64,000 nt of DNA, taken from assembly GCA_013239625.1 (NCBI GenBank), contig MU053352.1, positions 417,485 to 481,484 of the forward strand, read 5' to 3'. Both the position numbers and the translations under genes were made by a program. Numbering within the stretch: the stretch's first letter is position 1; each line of letters starts with the position of its first letter. Positions 26,440 to 39,629 of the stretch are shown here, piece after piece. Below the pieces are notes generated by a model. It was given only the letters and a program-made list of their open reading frames with translations, had not been told where the DNA came from and did not search any database. Source of the stretch: Lama guanicoe (lineage: Eukaryota).

Positions 26440-28697
26440 AGAATGCAGATTCCTCAGTATGGAACTTTCACAAGAGAGAGCATATTCTGGGCCACATAAA
26501 AAACCCTGAACAAATTTGAAAGAACTGAAAATACTAAGTCTGTTCTCTGATGATAATGGAATAAACTAAAAGGTCAATAACAGAAAGATGTTGGAAAATC
26601 CCCAATATAGGATTTAAACCACTTCTAAATAATCTAATGGGTCAAAAAGGACATCTTAGATGAAATTAGAAAACATTTTACACTGAATGAAAACATAACT
26701 GCAAATATTAAAATCTGAGGGATGCAGTTAAAGCAGTGCTTAAAGGAAGCTTTACAGCAGTAAATGCTTACGTTAGAAAAATGGAAAGGTCACAAATCAA
26801 TAATCTCAGTTTTCCCTTTAAGACATCAGAAAAAGAAGAGCAAATTAAAACTAAACCTTGCAGAAGTTAGACTGTAATAAAGGCAGGAGCAGAAATCAAG
26901 AAACCTGGGGGTGAAAAAAAACAAACAAACGTAACCTGGAAACAGAAAAATAGGGAAAAAAAAATCTAATGAACAGATAAGCTGGTTATTTGAAAAGATT
27001 GATAGAATTGATAAAGCTCTAGCCAGAGACAGAGAATAAAAGGCTGAAGACACAAATTACCAATACTAGGAGCAAAAGATACGCTATCACTATAGACCCT
27101 GGAGACATAAACATTGTAATAATGAAATGACTTCAAATGATTCTACGCCCATAAATTCAACAATGTATTTGAAATGGACCAGTTCCTTGAAAGACACAAA
27201 CTAACAAAAATTGTTCAAGAAGAAACAGATAACCTGAATAGTCTTGTATCTATTTAAAAACTTGAATTCAAAGTTTAAGGCTCTCCAACAAAGAGAAAGA
27301 ACTCCAGGCTCAGAAAATTTCATGGAGAATTTTACCAAATATTTAAAGAAGAAATAATACTAATTCTACAACTATCTTATAGAGAATAGAGAATATAGCA
27401 CTTCCTCATTTTATGAGGAAAATAACTTTAAATAACTCTTAGCTGACAACGTAAGAGAAAACCTAGATGACCCTGGGTATGGTGATGACTTTTTAGATAT
27501 AACACCAAAGGCTTGATCCATGAAAGAAAAAACTGATAAGCTGGACTTCATTAAAATTAAAAACTTTTGCTCTGTAAAAGACATGTCAAAAGAATGAGAA
27601 GATAAGCCACAGAGTAGAAGAAACCATTTGCAAAAGACATCTGACAAAGGATTATCACCCAAAATACACAAAGAATTCTTAAAACTCAACAAGACAAATA
27701 ATCCAATTAAAAATGGGCAAAAGAACTTAAACAGTTACCAAAGAAGATATACAGTTGGCAAATAACCATATGAAAAGATGTTTCACATCATTATGTCATC
27801 AGGGAAACACAAATTAAAATGAGATACCTCTATACACCTTTTAAAATGGCCAAAATCCAAAACACTACCACCACCAAATGCTGGTGGGGATGTGGAGCAA
27901 CAGAAGCTCATTCAGTGCTGGTGGGAATGCAAAATGGTACAGCCACTTTGGAAGACAGTTTGGTATTTTCTTACAAAACTCAGCATACTCTTACCATATT
28001 GATCCAGCAATCACACTCCCTTGGTACTTAACCAAAGGAGCTGAAAACTTATGTCCACACAAAAACTTGCACACAGATATTTACAGCAGCTTTAGTCATA
28101 ACTGCCCAAATTTGGAAACAACCAAGATGTCTTTCAGTAGATGAATGGAAAAATAAAACTGTGATACATCCAGACAGTGGAATATTATACGGCACTGAAA
28201 AGAAATCAGCTATCAAGCCATTAAAGACATGGAGCAAACTGAAATGCATATTACTAAGTGAAAGAAGCCAATCTGAACAGCTACATACTGTAAGATTCCA
28301 ACTATGACATTCCGGAAAAGGCAAAACTACGAAGACAGTAAAAAGATCAGCAGTTGCCAGTGGGGATGAACTAAACAGGTAGAGCACAGAGGATTTGTAG
28401 GGCAGTGAAAATACTCTCTCTATGATACCATAATGATGGCTACATGTCATTATACGTTTGTTCAAACCCACAGAACATATAGCACCAAGAGTGAGCCCTG
28501 ATGTTAAACTATGGGCTTTGAATGATTATGACGTGTCATTGTAGGTTCATCAGTTGTAACAAGTTCACCCTGTGATGGGGGATATTGATAATGGGGAGGA
28601 TCTGCATGCGGGGGGAGGAGGTATATCAGCAATTACTGTAACTCCCCCGAAATTTTGCTCTGAATCTAAAACTGCTCTACAAAAATAAAGTCTTAAT
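26440..28697 (+). mobile_element. L1 ORF2 remnant (26440-27420) plus L1MC1-like 3' end (27440-28697)
   Basis: Degenerate ORF2 sequence; 3'UTR aaaggcaaaactacgaagacagtaaaaagatc...aaaactgctctacaaaaataaagtc. Confidence 0.85.
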
Positions 28698-28755
28698 AAA
28701 GGAGAAAAACAAGTAGACAAGGCATTTTCTTCAGAAATGTACTTCCTCTTCTCAC

Positions 28756-28850
28756 CGTGGCCCTCGGCTCTCATGTACTTGTTCCTCATCTCCCGCTGCT
28801 GATGCACGTAGGCCTTCCAGGTCTGGAATATCAGGTTGTACAAGTAGTAC
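28756..28850 (-). CDS. SFI1: SFI1 coding exon 6, 95 nt
   Basis: ggctcctcag|GTACTAC...CCACG|gtgaga; [31 protein letters not shown]. Confidence 0.94.
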
Positions 28851-29854
28851 CTGAGGAGCCAAAGAAGCAAATGCCATTTCTTTAAAACAAAAACAACTCC
28901 TAATCCGACATACCTAGTCCATTCTGTACTCAGGAAAAACTAACGTGGACGCTTCTGACACTAAAAAGCCAATCTATATCCTAAGCTAAAATATCATTTC
29001 CTACAATTACGGTGAAACCTATCCTCCTTGAGAGTCATTCTCCGCACCTTATGTTATCACTAAGGATAAAAAGGCGTGAACGATCTGAGAATAACTTCAC
29101 CTTCAGCACCCACAAAGCCGTGACATCTGGAATGGCAGTGATATTTCAATCATCCACACTATGTAAAATACTACTAATCTTTTGCACTAAAACACGATCA
29201 ATGTTCTTCAGCCCTTCCTTCTCAATACATAAATTATACACATTAAGATTGTCAGTCCCTCCATATCTTCACTATCCCACTTCCTAAGACTTTATTTAAT
29301 GCTCTACCAGCTTACAAGAACAATTCAATGCTGTCTATATTCTATCTGACATATTCATAAATTAGAAACCCTGCCCTCAAAAACCTAAAGACATGATTAT
29401 AACAAGAGTGAATGCCATTTGAAAAAGACAATGTATAAGACATATAAAGTTTTTACTTTAAAAAAGGTATTAAAGTACGTATTTGATATAATTTCCCAAT
29501 TTTTACTTTTTCTTTCTCCACTTATCACCTGGAATACAAATGTCAAGGATTAAGAGTTTCTTCTATTTCCATTTTCTTAATGGCTATATTGGGCATAAAT
29601 TTTCTCCCACAATCAATATAAATTAAAACAACTTTACTATTTTAAAGAAAAGAATACTCTCAGAACTAGAAATTATATAGAAGTGACAGTCAGTGAGAAA
29701 AAGCCAATTCAAATCATTAGCATGATTAGTACCTAATTGTTACCTGAATTCGGTATCTCTGTGTGTATGTGCTCACATGCATATGTGCGCTTGGGTTTAA
29801 TTTAGGACTTTGATCTTGCTTACTTTAAAAAGAACTTGAAGAAAAACAGAAAAT

Positions 29855-29967
29855 GGGGGGTGGGTATAGCTCAGTGGTAGAGCATATGTTCAGTATGCAC
29901 CAGGGCCTGGGTTCAATCCCTAATACCTCCATTATAAATTTTTTTTAATAAATAAAAAATTTTTTAA
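29855..29967 (+). mobile_element. Camelid SINE (Vic-1-like)
   Basis: GGGTATAGCTCAGTGGTAGAGC (A box)...GGTTCAATCCC (B box); TSD AAAAACAGAAAA at 29842-29853 and 29968-29979. Confidence 0.9.
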
Positions 29968-29994
29968 AAAAACAGAAAACGATTCAAGACTCTT

Positions 29995-30610
29995 TTCCTT
30001 GCCAAGGAAGGTTCAACACTCACAAATACAATCAATTTCATGCATCACACTAACAGAATGAAAGAATCATGTGATCATCAGTGTCTCATTATAATAAAGG
30101 CCATTATGATGAGCCCACAGCTAACATCAGTACCTAATAATTTACCTCAATTTAAAAAAAGGGAAAAGAGGAAATAAGGTCTCCCAAAAATAAAAGATAA
30201 AGAAGAAAAAAGAAAAAGACAAGAGGTAAATGTTGGTGAGGATATGGAGAAAAGGGAACCCTTGTGCACTGTTGGCAGGACTGTAAACTGGAACAGCCAC
30301 TAAGAAAGTTAAAAACTCAGAAAAAGAGATCAAATCTGTGGGGGTAGGGGGAGCAGTCAAAAGGTACAAACTTCCAGTTATAAGTTGCCACTGCTGTATG
30401 ACACATAAGTAGCTAAGAGTAAATCCTAAAAGTTCTCACTACAAGATGAAAATTTTTTTTCCATTTCTTTGTATTGTATCTCTATGAGATGATGACTATT
30501 AATTTATTGTGGTAATCATTTCATAATATGTAAGTCAAACCTTTATTTTGAACACCTGAAACTCATACAGTAATATATGTCAATTATACCTCAATAAAAC
30601 TGAGAAAAAT
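29995..30610 (+). mobile_element. Internally deleted L1MA/MB-type remnant
   Basis: Short collinear L1 blocks ending aaggtacaaacttccagttataag...caattatacctcaataaaac. Confidence 0.7.
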
Positions 30611-30708
30611 AAACCTTCTCTCCTTTTGACTAGAAACATGCCAACAAGTAATTACTTGATAATGTGTTATCAGTAAAACTAAAATAATAACATAAAATGA
30701 AATCTGAC

Positions 30709-30819
30709 CTGTAGTGACAGTCAGCTCGGACACGAAGTTTCCACTCATGATGGAAAACCCACCATTCTTCCTTCCACTCTTCAAAGACCTTCCGTAGTAA
30801 TCTCTGCTCATAGTAAGAC
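30709..30819 (-). CDS. SFI1: SFI1 coding exon 5, 111 nt, symmetric phase 2-2
   Basis: cattaccctag|GTCTTAC...CTACAG|gtcaga; [37 protein letters not shown]. Confidence 0.95.
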
Positions 30820-31645
30820 CTAGGGTAATGAAAATAAAAAAACAGAGAGAAACACATGATGATGCTGGAGCTGGTATCTATTTCCAAATCAGTTTCACAC
30901 TGCTGTCGCTTTCTCATAGAAAAGTGTGGCTCATTATTTGATAACATCAAAATTGATTAAACATAGACGTATTTAACTTTTTCACATCAAAACCTTAGAA
31001 CTACTCAAATTGGAAATGAGGTTAGAAAATGTTATACTATATATCTTACCAATTAAAGAGGTAAAAGTAAAAAATTTGGCTTTTCAAATACCATAAGTGA
31101 GTTAAGAATTCTTACTCTCCATTGTTTCCATTCATCAGAATAAAAAATAGTTTTGGTTAGTAAAAAGTAGTAGCTATCCTTCTTATTTACATTCACAGGA
31201 GAATAGAAGTTATAAAATAAGCAAATGCCTAATGGTACTCCTAGGATTTAACATGGACAGAGTACATTAGTTTAACTGAAGTCTGGCCAGGGGAGCTACA
31301 ACCACAGCAAAAGGAGGTAAGAGAAAGTAAGAAGGGAAAAGCTAAAAAAGGAAGGAAACAAGAGGGCAGTGAGAGTGCTGACGCTAACAAGGCACGGTCA
31401 AGGGGACTAGCAACTCAGGAACTCTGGTCCTGTCAGTCACTCTGAGTTTCTTTTCATGGTTATGCAGGTTACTAACATGAATCTCCTCCTCACCAATTCT
31501 CGGGTTTTTAAAATTGGACAGCAAAAATATACATAGGAAAATTCACCTCACTACTGTTATAATAATAAGTAAAGAAAATCACCACAAATACCCAGCAGAA
31601 GGGGAAAGGTTAAATTCAATTAATGCCACCCAGTGGGTATTTGTC

Positions 31646-31765
31646 TTTTTTGGTGGGATGGTAAATGCGGTTTATTTATCTTTTTTACTGGAGATACTGG
31701 GGATTGAACTCAAGACTTCATGGATGCTAAGCACGTGCTCTACCACTGAGCTATACCCTCACCCC
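31646..31765 (-). mobile_element. Camelid SINE (Vic-1-like)
   Basis: Reverse complement reads GGGGTGAGGGTATAGCTCAGTGGTAGAGCACG...GTTCAATCCCCAG. Confidence 0.9.
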
Positions 31766-33125
31766 ACCAGTCATTTTTTGTGAAGTAGAGCTAAAGATAC
31801 TGAAATGGAAGATGCTCCAGAAAAGTTGTTAGATGAAAAAATAAAGCTACCTCGTAGTATGTTTAACATGATATTTCTTAAACTTTTTTTTAAGTTAATG
31901 TTTTTGGTATATCCAGTACCCATATGTTATAATTAATATAATATACATCAAATATATATGTATAAAATGTATGCACACACATTTGTATATGTAAAAATAC
32001 ATACATCTATATGCACGCATGTATGTGTACATACATGTTATCATACTGTATGAATTAAAAGCCCAAGAAGAGCTAGAGAATACCAAACTATTACCAGGGG
32101 TTCTCTCTCAGGAAGGGATTACAGGACACTGGTATTTCCTATATTACACATTTCTTTAGTTTGAGAAAATTTTTGAACAGCAGGTTTGTTCATAATTTTT
32201 TAAATTTTAATGAAAAAGAACCACTTAAATCTGCACGTGTCCTTCCTTCCACCACTACTGTCTACCCATCTTACTTCCTTCTCTTCCCAAAAGCTCACTA
32301 AAATAACAGCCAATACTTACAAAAGGTGTGATAAAGAAACAGAGCAAGAGCAACAATGTTCAGCAAGAGATGCCAACAAATTTTGAAGGATAGAAAGCAG
32401 GCAGGCGGTGGGGGGGGTGTGCAGCAGGGCAGCTGAATCAACAGGTGAGTGAAATCCAAGAACTAAGTGTCCGGTGGGGCAGGGGTGGGGGATCAAGAGG
32501 CAAGCAGTCGGTGGCACAGGCCCCAGAGAGGTGTGGGAACGAGAGGCATCAGGAAGGGCAGAGTCCTGGGTGGAGATGAAAACACAGGACTGTTGGCAAA
32601 CCTGCGTGTAAGAAGCAGGTAGGCCCCTGGACCTTGTTATTCACCTGGGCAGAGACTCGGGGTTCTCCCTGGAAAGGCAAGCTCCAGAGATGGTCCTAAA
32701 CAGAGAATCTACACACTGAACAGTGAGACCCACTTTCCCCTCCTCTGCTTACAGCAGAGCTTATAACCCCCACCCCCCGCCTCCACCCCACGCAACCCCA
32801 TCTCAGAAGGAGTCTGGAGGATTCTTCTCCCCTAGGGAGAACTGGCCAACCTAAGGGAACAGGCCTTCAGGTCCTGACAGATGGAGATCTCCCGGTTAAA
32901 CTGGTCTCTGCTTCAAAAGCTTGAAGTGAAACTCTCAATTGACAAGTCCCTGTGCATACACTTTACATGTATACATAGCTACTAAAATTAGCGTTTTAGT
33001 GCTTACGTCTTAAGTATGGGTAGACAATAAAACGATATGTTGATATTTGAGGAAAGACTCCAACATGACAGTGAACAAAAAGCATACAGAAAAAAAAGCT
33101 TAAAAGAAACAGAGCAGACAAAAAC

Positions 33126-33252
33126 CTTTTATGGGGGCAGGATAATTAGGTTTCTTCATTGATTTCTGCTTGGAGGAGGTACTGGGGTTTGAACCCCTGA
33201 TCTCCTGGGTGCTGAGCATGCACCCTACCACTTGAGCTATACCCTTCCCTCG
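33126..33252 (-). mobile_element. Camelid SINE (Vic-1-like)
   Basis: Same consensus; TSD GAGCAGACAAAA at 33112-33123 and 33253-33264. Confidence 0.9.
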
Positions 33253-33419
33253 GAGCAGACAAAAGTCTTAAATCACTACATTAACCACAAAAAATCATGA
33301 ACCTCCAGGATGTTATTTTTCAAAAAACGAACATTCAGAGAACAAAAGAGAGCTCTTAGAAATTAAAAATATGATGGTAGAAATGAAAAATGAAAAGATC
33401 CACACACAGGTAAAACAAC

Positions 33420-34255
33420 AAGTTGACCGGCCTTGTAGGCCACCATAAGGAAGGACTCTCAGCAGGTGGAAGCTGCCTGAGGTCCGACAGGAGAGTGGTG
33501 TGATTGATTTACTCAGACTTCCTGTATGGAAAGACCGACCAGGGACAAGGCTAGAAGCAGGAGGGGAGCAAGGAGGCCCCCAGAGTCATCCAGGGGAGGC
33601 ACGATGATGGCTTGGCTTGGGCCAGGGTAGTAGCAACTGGAGGTGCTGAAGAGAGCTTGGAGTCTGAATCTACTTTGAACGTTGAATCAACTTAATTTTG
33701 CATTCGGCGTTGCAGGTGGGGTGTGAGGGAGCAAGAGGTATCAAGGATGACTCCCAGCTTTCTGACCCGCATCCCTGGAAGAATGGCAGCTTCCATCACT
33801 GGGGTGGGGAAGACTCAGCAGGGAGTTTTCAGGGGAAGATCAAGATTTTGGCTTTGGACATCTTGAGTTGTGACGTCGATGAGACACACAGTGAAGTTGT
33901 CACATACGCTGCAGACCAGAGTTCAAAGGAGAGGTCTGGGCTGGGTGTGTAGATGCGGGAATTGTTAAGAGATTTGATGAGACTTCCACAGCTGGGAGTG
34001 CAAGAACTGGGTGCCGGGTGCTTAGATGAGGAGGAACCAACAAAGCAGAGTTAGAAGGAATAAAGAGGTGGAAGGAAAACTATGAGAGAACGGTAACCTG
34101 GAAGCTGGGAGGAAAAAGGGCTTCTTGAAGAAGGGAATGATGGACTGTCTAATGCTTCTTGGTGAGTAAGAGGAAACTTAAGAGTTCACCACGGATTTAA
34201 GCAAATGTGGTGACCTTACAAAAGTTTTGGTGGAATGGTGGAATCAAAAGCCTCA
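33420..34255. mobile_element. L2 fragment
   Basis: ggccttgtaggccaccataagga, gatgatggcttgg, tcaaggatgactccca, gagaggtctgggctgg motifs. Confidence 0.7.
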
Positions 34256-34261
34256 CAGGAT

Positions 34262-34486
34262 GTGGGAGTTTGAGATTTGCAAATGTTAGCCACTATATAT
34301 AAAAATAGACCCCAAAAATTTCTGTATAGCAGAGGGAACTATATTCAATATCTTGTAATAAATAACCTTTAATGAAAAAGGATATGGAAATGAATATATG
34401 TATGTATATGCATGACTGGGACACTGTGCTGTACACCAGGAACTGACACACTGTAACAAACTGTGTATCAATTAAAAAAAAAAAAA
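34262..34486 (+). mobile_element. Artiodactyl/camelid L1 3' end inserted in L2
   Basis: ctgtatagcagagggaactatattcaatatcttgtaata...gctgtacaccaggaactgacaca...A14 tail. Confidence 0.8.
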
Positions 34487-35564
34487 CCTTGTAGGCTGGA
34501 CTTGAGGCCACAGAAAGAGGTGTTGGATATCCTGGGGATGGCCAGGAGATCTGACAAAAAGGGGAGCAAAGAGATGGAGAGCTACCTGCAGGAGGAAATA
34601 GGGTCAAAGAGACTTTTTTCAGGATTGGACAATAACAGCATTATATGCTGGTGCAAATGATCCAGCACAGAGGGAAAAACTGATGCAGAGAAGAGAGGGA
34701 GGAAAAAACTGCTAGTGTGATGGCCTGGAATAGGGCCAAGGGGAATATGGTACAAAAGTCAAGGGTTTTGCCACAGATAAGAACGTGGACAGTTCATCTG
34801 CCTAACAGTAGAGAAAGCAGGCTCTATGGTGACAGATGCTGGCAATCAGTAGATACGGTGAAAGACTCTTCGGTTACTTCTGTTTTCCCAAGAAAATATG
34901 ACTAAGAATGAAGAAGAAATATTGATAAATAAACAAATACTATAAATGGACCTGACTGTTTTATCTAGTTCTCAAATGAGCCAAATAATTTTGCTCAGAT
35001 CTTCTCTTTAGAATTAGAGTTGACCACCTCATATTTAAGACTGCCTTATGTATGAACACATACTGTATTATTTTTGCCCTACTAACTTCAGGGTCATTTT
35101 GCCTCAGTTTATTACTGATAAAACTCCAGCTTATAACAGTTAAAACAGTCTTCAAGCACATAAAGGCATTACCCTGCCTAAAAGTGAGAAAGAAAGAATT
35201 CAATATGGAAAAAGACCAAAAAAAAAAAAAAAAAACCCCAAAGATAATATGCATAACCTTCTCCAAAGTAACAAACAACCCACTTGATTTACAAAGAGCT
35301 TGCAAGTTGAAATTTCTAAGTCAATGGAAATACAGTATCAGAATCACAATTCTGGGAAATGCTTAAGAAACAAATATTCTCACTCTCTCATTTAACAGTT
35401 GAGAAACTGAGACCCAGAACCACAACTTATCCCCAGATCAAACATTTAGCTAGCGTCTGGGTTAGAACCCAAACTCAGGTCTCCCCAGTTACAGCCCAGT
35501 ACCCCTTCCTCTGCACCTGCCACCACTCAAGAGGAAGATGGCACAGGGCTAATGCTCTAAAGCA

Positions 35565-36035
35565 GTGAGGCAGACATCGGTTGCTGGCGAACCCAACACC
35601 CACTGCCAGTTCTCTGCTTCCTCACCAGCACCCACTACAAAGGCTGGGAAGGTTTCTTTCCCGACCTCTTCTGTAGCTAAGGTGGCCAGTGACATAGCCC
35701 TGGCCAATGAGGCAGAGGCAGAAGCAGCTGGGGGTTTCTAGGAAAGTTCTGCTTTCCTGATAAAGAGACAGATCTAGCTGACACCACCCTCCTCTCCCCT
35801 TCCTGTATAAAGCTGCAACAGTCATCTTCCAACTATGCAGCGTCATCTCTGAGGACAAAGGGCCAACATGCTAAGGATGGTGAACTAGAAAGCTTCTAAA
35901 AGCCTGAGTCTTTGATGAAACCACTGAACAGCTGAACCAATACCAACCTCCAGAATGTGAGAACAAGCAAATTCTGCTTTGTTTAAGCTGTTATCAGACT
36001 TTCTCTTACTTGTAGTCAAATGCATTTCTAACACA
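35565..36035. mobile_element. MLT1K-like solo LTR
   Basis: tggccaatgag, aacatgctaaggatgg, ttgtttaagc, cttgtagtcaaatgcatttctaac motifs. Confidence 0.72.
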
Positions 36036-37633
36036 ATAAGCATTTCCCAAGTACTTGGCATATAAATAACTATTATTTGAAAAGAGGTTTCCAGTCAAAT
36101 GAGTCAGATCTAAGTTTGACAAAATTAAGTAGGAAAAGGATTTGGAGAAGATCCTGAAGGCAGCAACACAGTTTCTCAATCTCTGAATCTTTATAAAACA
36201 CACAGAGTAACCATGTAGCAAAACAAACATACAAAGAAAGTTTTTAATGATAGAAGGAAGATAGTTACAGATGGAAACCTGGAGATGCAGAAAGAAACAA
36301 AGACCAACAGGAAGTGTACACACATGAATAAATCCAAGTGAACACTGGCTGTATAAAATGAGAATAGCAACATTCTGCAGATTTTAAAATATAAAGGGAA
36401 TTAAAATATATTACGACAAGGGCATGTAAGTGAGGACAGGCAGAGTTGAAATGTTCTAAGGACCTTGCCTTGTTTGGGAAGAGGGTAAAAGAATCAATTA
36501 ACATTAGACCCCAGTAAGTTAAACAGACATATATTCTTTAGGGCAGTCAGTCAAAGAATAAGAGTATATAACTTCTAAGCTAACAGGGGAGAAAATAAAT
36601 GAAATACTCAATTGAGTAAGAAAAAGGAAAGATTTCCAATAATAGCAAACTGTTTAACTCAGATCATTCCTCCCCACACCCCCCTGAGAACAAGAAAAGC
36701 TCAACAACAACAAAAAATTATTTGACGGGAGGAAGCGCTATCAAGGCAGTAAAGAAGGGCAGGGCCAAGGTCCTGGGGAAGATGGAAAGGTGGGGGTGGA
36801 CTACGCCTTATCCGTGCAGCAGAGTGGGCTGCTGCCACAGAGGGAGCCTCCCTGGTAAAGACACAAAGGAGGCAGGAACAGCAAGGCCCCCACGAAGTAT
36901 ACAGAGAAAGACTTCAGAGAACACACACAGCCCAAAATGGCTTGAGAGAACTTGATGTTCCAGATTAGCAAGGCCATACTGTCATAAAAGTGAAACAGGA
37001 AAAATTATAGTAAGGGGAAGGGGAAAGGGTAAGGACCAGTAACATTTCAGTTTTGTAAAAATGCTTGCATTCCCAATGGCTGTCAGTTCTCTGAAACATT
37101 CCCCACCCTGGCCCCTTCTCTCCAGCCCCACCACTGCCTGCACCTGCCTGTCCCTGACACTAGTGGCTCCCCCTTGTGGTCCACTCTGGGTGCTGCAGCC
37201 AAAGTGATGGGAACAAAATCTGCAGCAGCAGGTGGCAGCCTAGACCAGGTGAAGATACTGCACCAGCACTGGGGTTTTTCTCCTGACTAAATTTCACTCC
37301 CCTATCAATGCCAACTTTTTCCCCAGGCTCTGTCCTAGACCAAGTCAATCTGTCAGTCTCACCAGTGTCCTGAAAGAGCTCATTTACTTCTCTTGGGCAA
37401 ATAATTTTTTCCCCAGAGACTCTTGATTGTCCTGGCTTATTTAGATTCCTTCATACACTCATTCAGTCATAAGAGTATGTGTTAAGTTACCATTTTATTA
37501 TATGGCTAATGGAGGCTAGGGAGGGGCAGGGGGATGTAACATGTGCCAAAACAAAGGTTATATAATGGGCTTAGTACAAAACAAAAACCTAGAATGAACT
37601 CAGCAGCAGTGTGGTGTTCTGAACTAATACTAC

Positions 37634-37705
37634 CTGGCTTTAGAGGGAAATACTCTTCCAAAAGTCATTCGAATCCACAAATATATGAACTTTCTGGCCA
37701 CGCAT
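37634..37705 (-). CDS. SFI1: SFI1 coding exon 4, 72 nt, symmetric phase 2-2
   Basis: ccttctttcag|ATGCGTG...AGCCAG|gtagta; [24 protein letters not shown]. Not in the ORF track. Confidence 0.94.
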
Positions 37706-38933
37706 CTGAAAGAAGGAAAAAAAAAGGACATATACATTTTAAAGCTCCATTTGGTTTATATCATCAATTTTCTGGGAAGGGGAGGGGAGGTCCCAGGGGA
37801 AGAGACACTAGTATTAGTCAAAAGGTGAATCATAGATTATCTTGCATCAAACAGAGCATGGGATGGGATAGATTTATAAAACTAAAATCAAGCAGATAAC
37901 TTTGTCAGCGAAGACTTCGGAGCTGAGGAAAGGAAGTACATGACAGTGCCTTTGTTCGTATTATTCTTCCTGCCTGAAACAGATGGCAAATGTCCGCTTA
38001 CCTATCAGGGCTCATCTTCAATGCTCACTCCTACGTGAAGCCTTCCTGGACCTTCCCCAAGCAAACAGAGCGAGTAGCTTTGTACTCTCAGCACCCTGTT
38101 CCCACCCCTAGTGTAACATATGATACCAAATCCCAGAAACCAGCTTGCAGGGTGCCTGTTGTTCCCTCTGCACTGTGAGCTCCTAGAGCAGGGACCATGT
38201 CTCATAGTATCCCCAGTACAAGCACAGTGCCTGGCATACACCAAAAAAGTTGGCTCGTCTTGGCTGGTTTAATCTCCAGGTTCAGCCTGGGAATGTTCCT
38301 CTTCCTCCTGTCCTTTGTCTGGCTTAGTCTTGCATCATCCCTTTCAGGACTCGGCTTAAATACCACTTCCTCCAGGAAGTCACTGCTGGCTACACTGGTG
38401 TGGCTGCTCTTGCCACATGGGCCTATGGTACCACATCTTCTCTTCCCACAAGCACTTACCACACTCTGCTGTTGTGGCTTGTTTAATAGTCCGCCAAGCC
38501 AACCTGATCTTACGCTTTCATGAGGTCATGGACCAAGAACATCCTATTCACCTTGTATGCTGAGCACCTAGCACAACACCTGGGCAGGCAGGTGCCTAAT
38601 AACTTTTTGTTGAATGAATAAAAGGATCCTCTTCACAGACCTAATCAAGAGCAGTGGAAAATGGCCATTTTCCTGGACTATGTTGAGACTTTTTCTGGAA
38701 AACTCTTTATAGCTTACACATTGCGGGGCACAGCTGGAGACTATATGAGAACACTCAATGACAGACTTTATGTCTGCAGATTCCTAAATATTCTGAATCT
38801 TCTGCCAGGAAGAACAGGCATTCAGGTCTCCAATTAACTGAGATAAGAATAAGAATCACCTCCTCATTTTAACCAAGAAAGGAAGGCAATGGAAAAGTCA
38901 CTGAGGACATGCGACCCCCTCTCCTAAGCTCAC

Positions 38934-39107
38934 CTGATACGCAATTCTCTTAACCGGCCCCTTCGGTTCCAGGCAAGTGAGGGATGATACTGTACTGGGT
39001 GCCTGGCACCAGGTAACTCACTCCGGGTCCCAGAGAAGGCAGAAGACTTCTTGTTGGACAGTATCTTTGGAGAATAAGGTTTCTTAACTGCACCATCCCT
39101 AAAAGAC
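38934..39107 (-). CDS. SFI1: SFI1 coding exon 3, 174 nt, symmetric phase 2-2
   Basis: caaacttaag|GTCTTTT...TATCAG|gtgagc; [26 protein letters not shown]...[10 protein letters not shown]. Confidence 0.93.
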
Positions 39108-39629
39108 CTTAAGTTTGAGGAGTAAGGGGGAAAGGAGAGAATCAAATCATCTCTGCCTATGATGCAAATATCTTTTAACAAACCAGTGAAATTAAATAGA
39201 TAAGCTCATTGAGATAAACCAATGTAACTCTGCCTCAAGGAAAATAAGCAGCCCAATCTGACAGAAATACCCGCCCCTTCTGCAGCTGGGTACTGCTGGA
39301 TGGGCTCTAGGCAGGAACTGTAGAGTTGGAGGGTGTCTTGAAATCATTAGTCCTAACACACTCTTTTTAAATATGTCATCTAAGGACAATCATTTACAAA
39401 TCGATAACAGGTTCCTTTCTATAAAAAACATCTAGGAATGATTTTCAGATTATGTGACTTTTATATCAACGTGAAACTACATACTTTTACAAAACACTAA
39501 ATTTATGACTTTTAATCCCATTTCAGAAACGTTAAGAGATTATTTTATCGGTATGAACTCATGATTTTAAGAGCGCCACCTGCAGGAAATACCGAGAAGC
39601 AACAACATCCCATCAGCAATGAGCTCAAA

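Noticed and set aside
31920..32045. TA/CA-rich quasi-palindromic tract
   Set aside because: Ordinary low-complexity microsatellite decay
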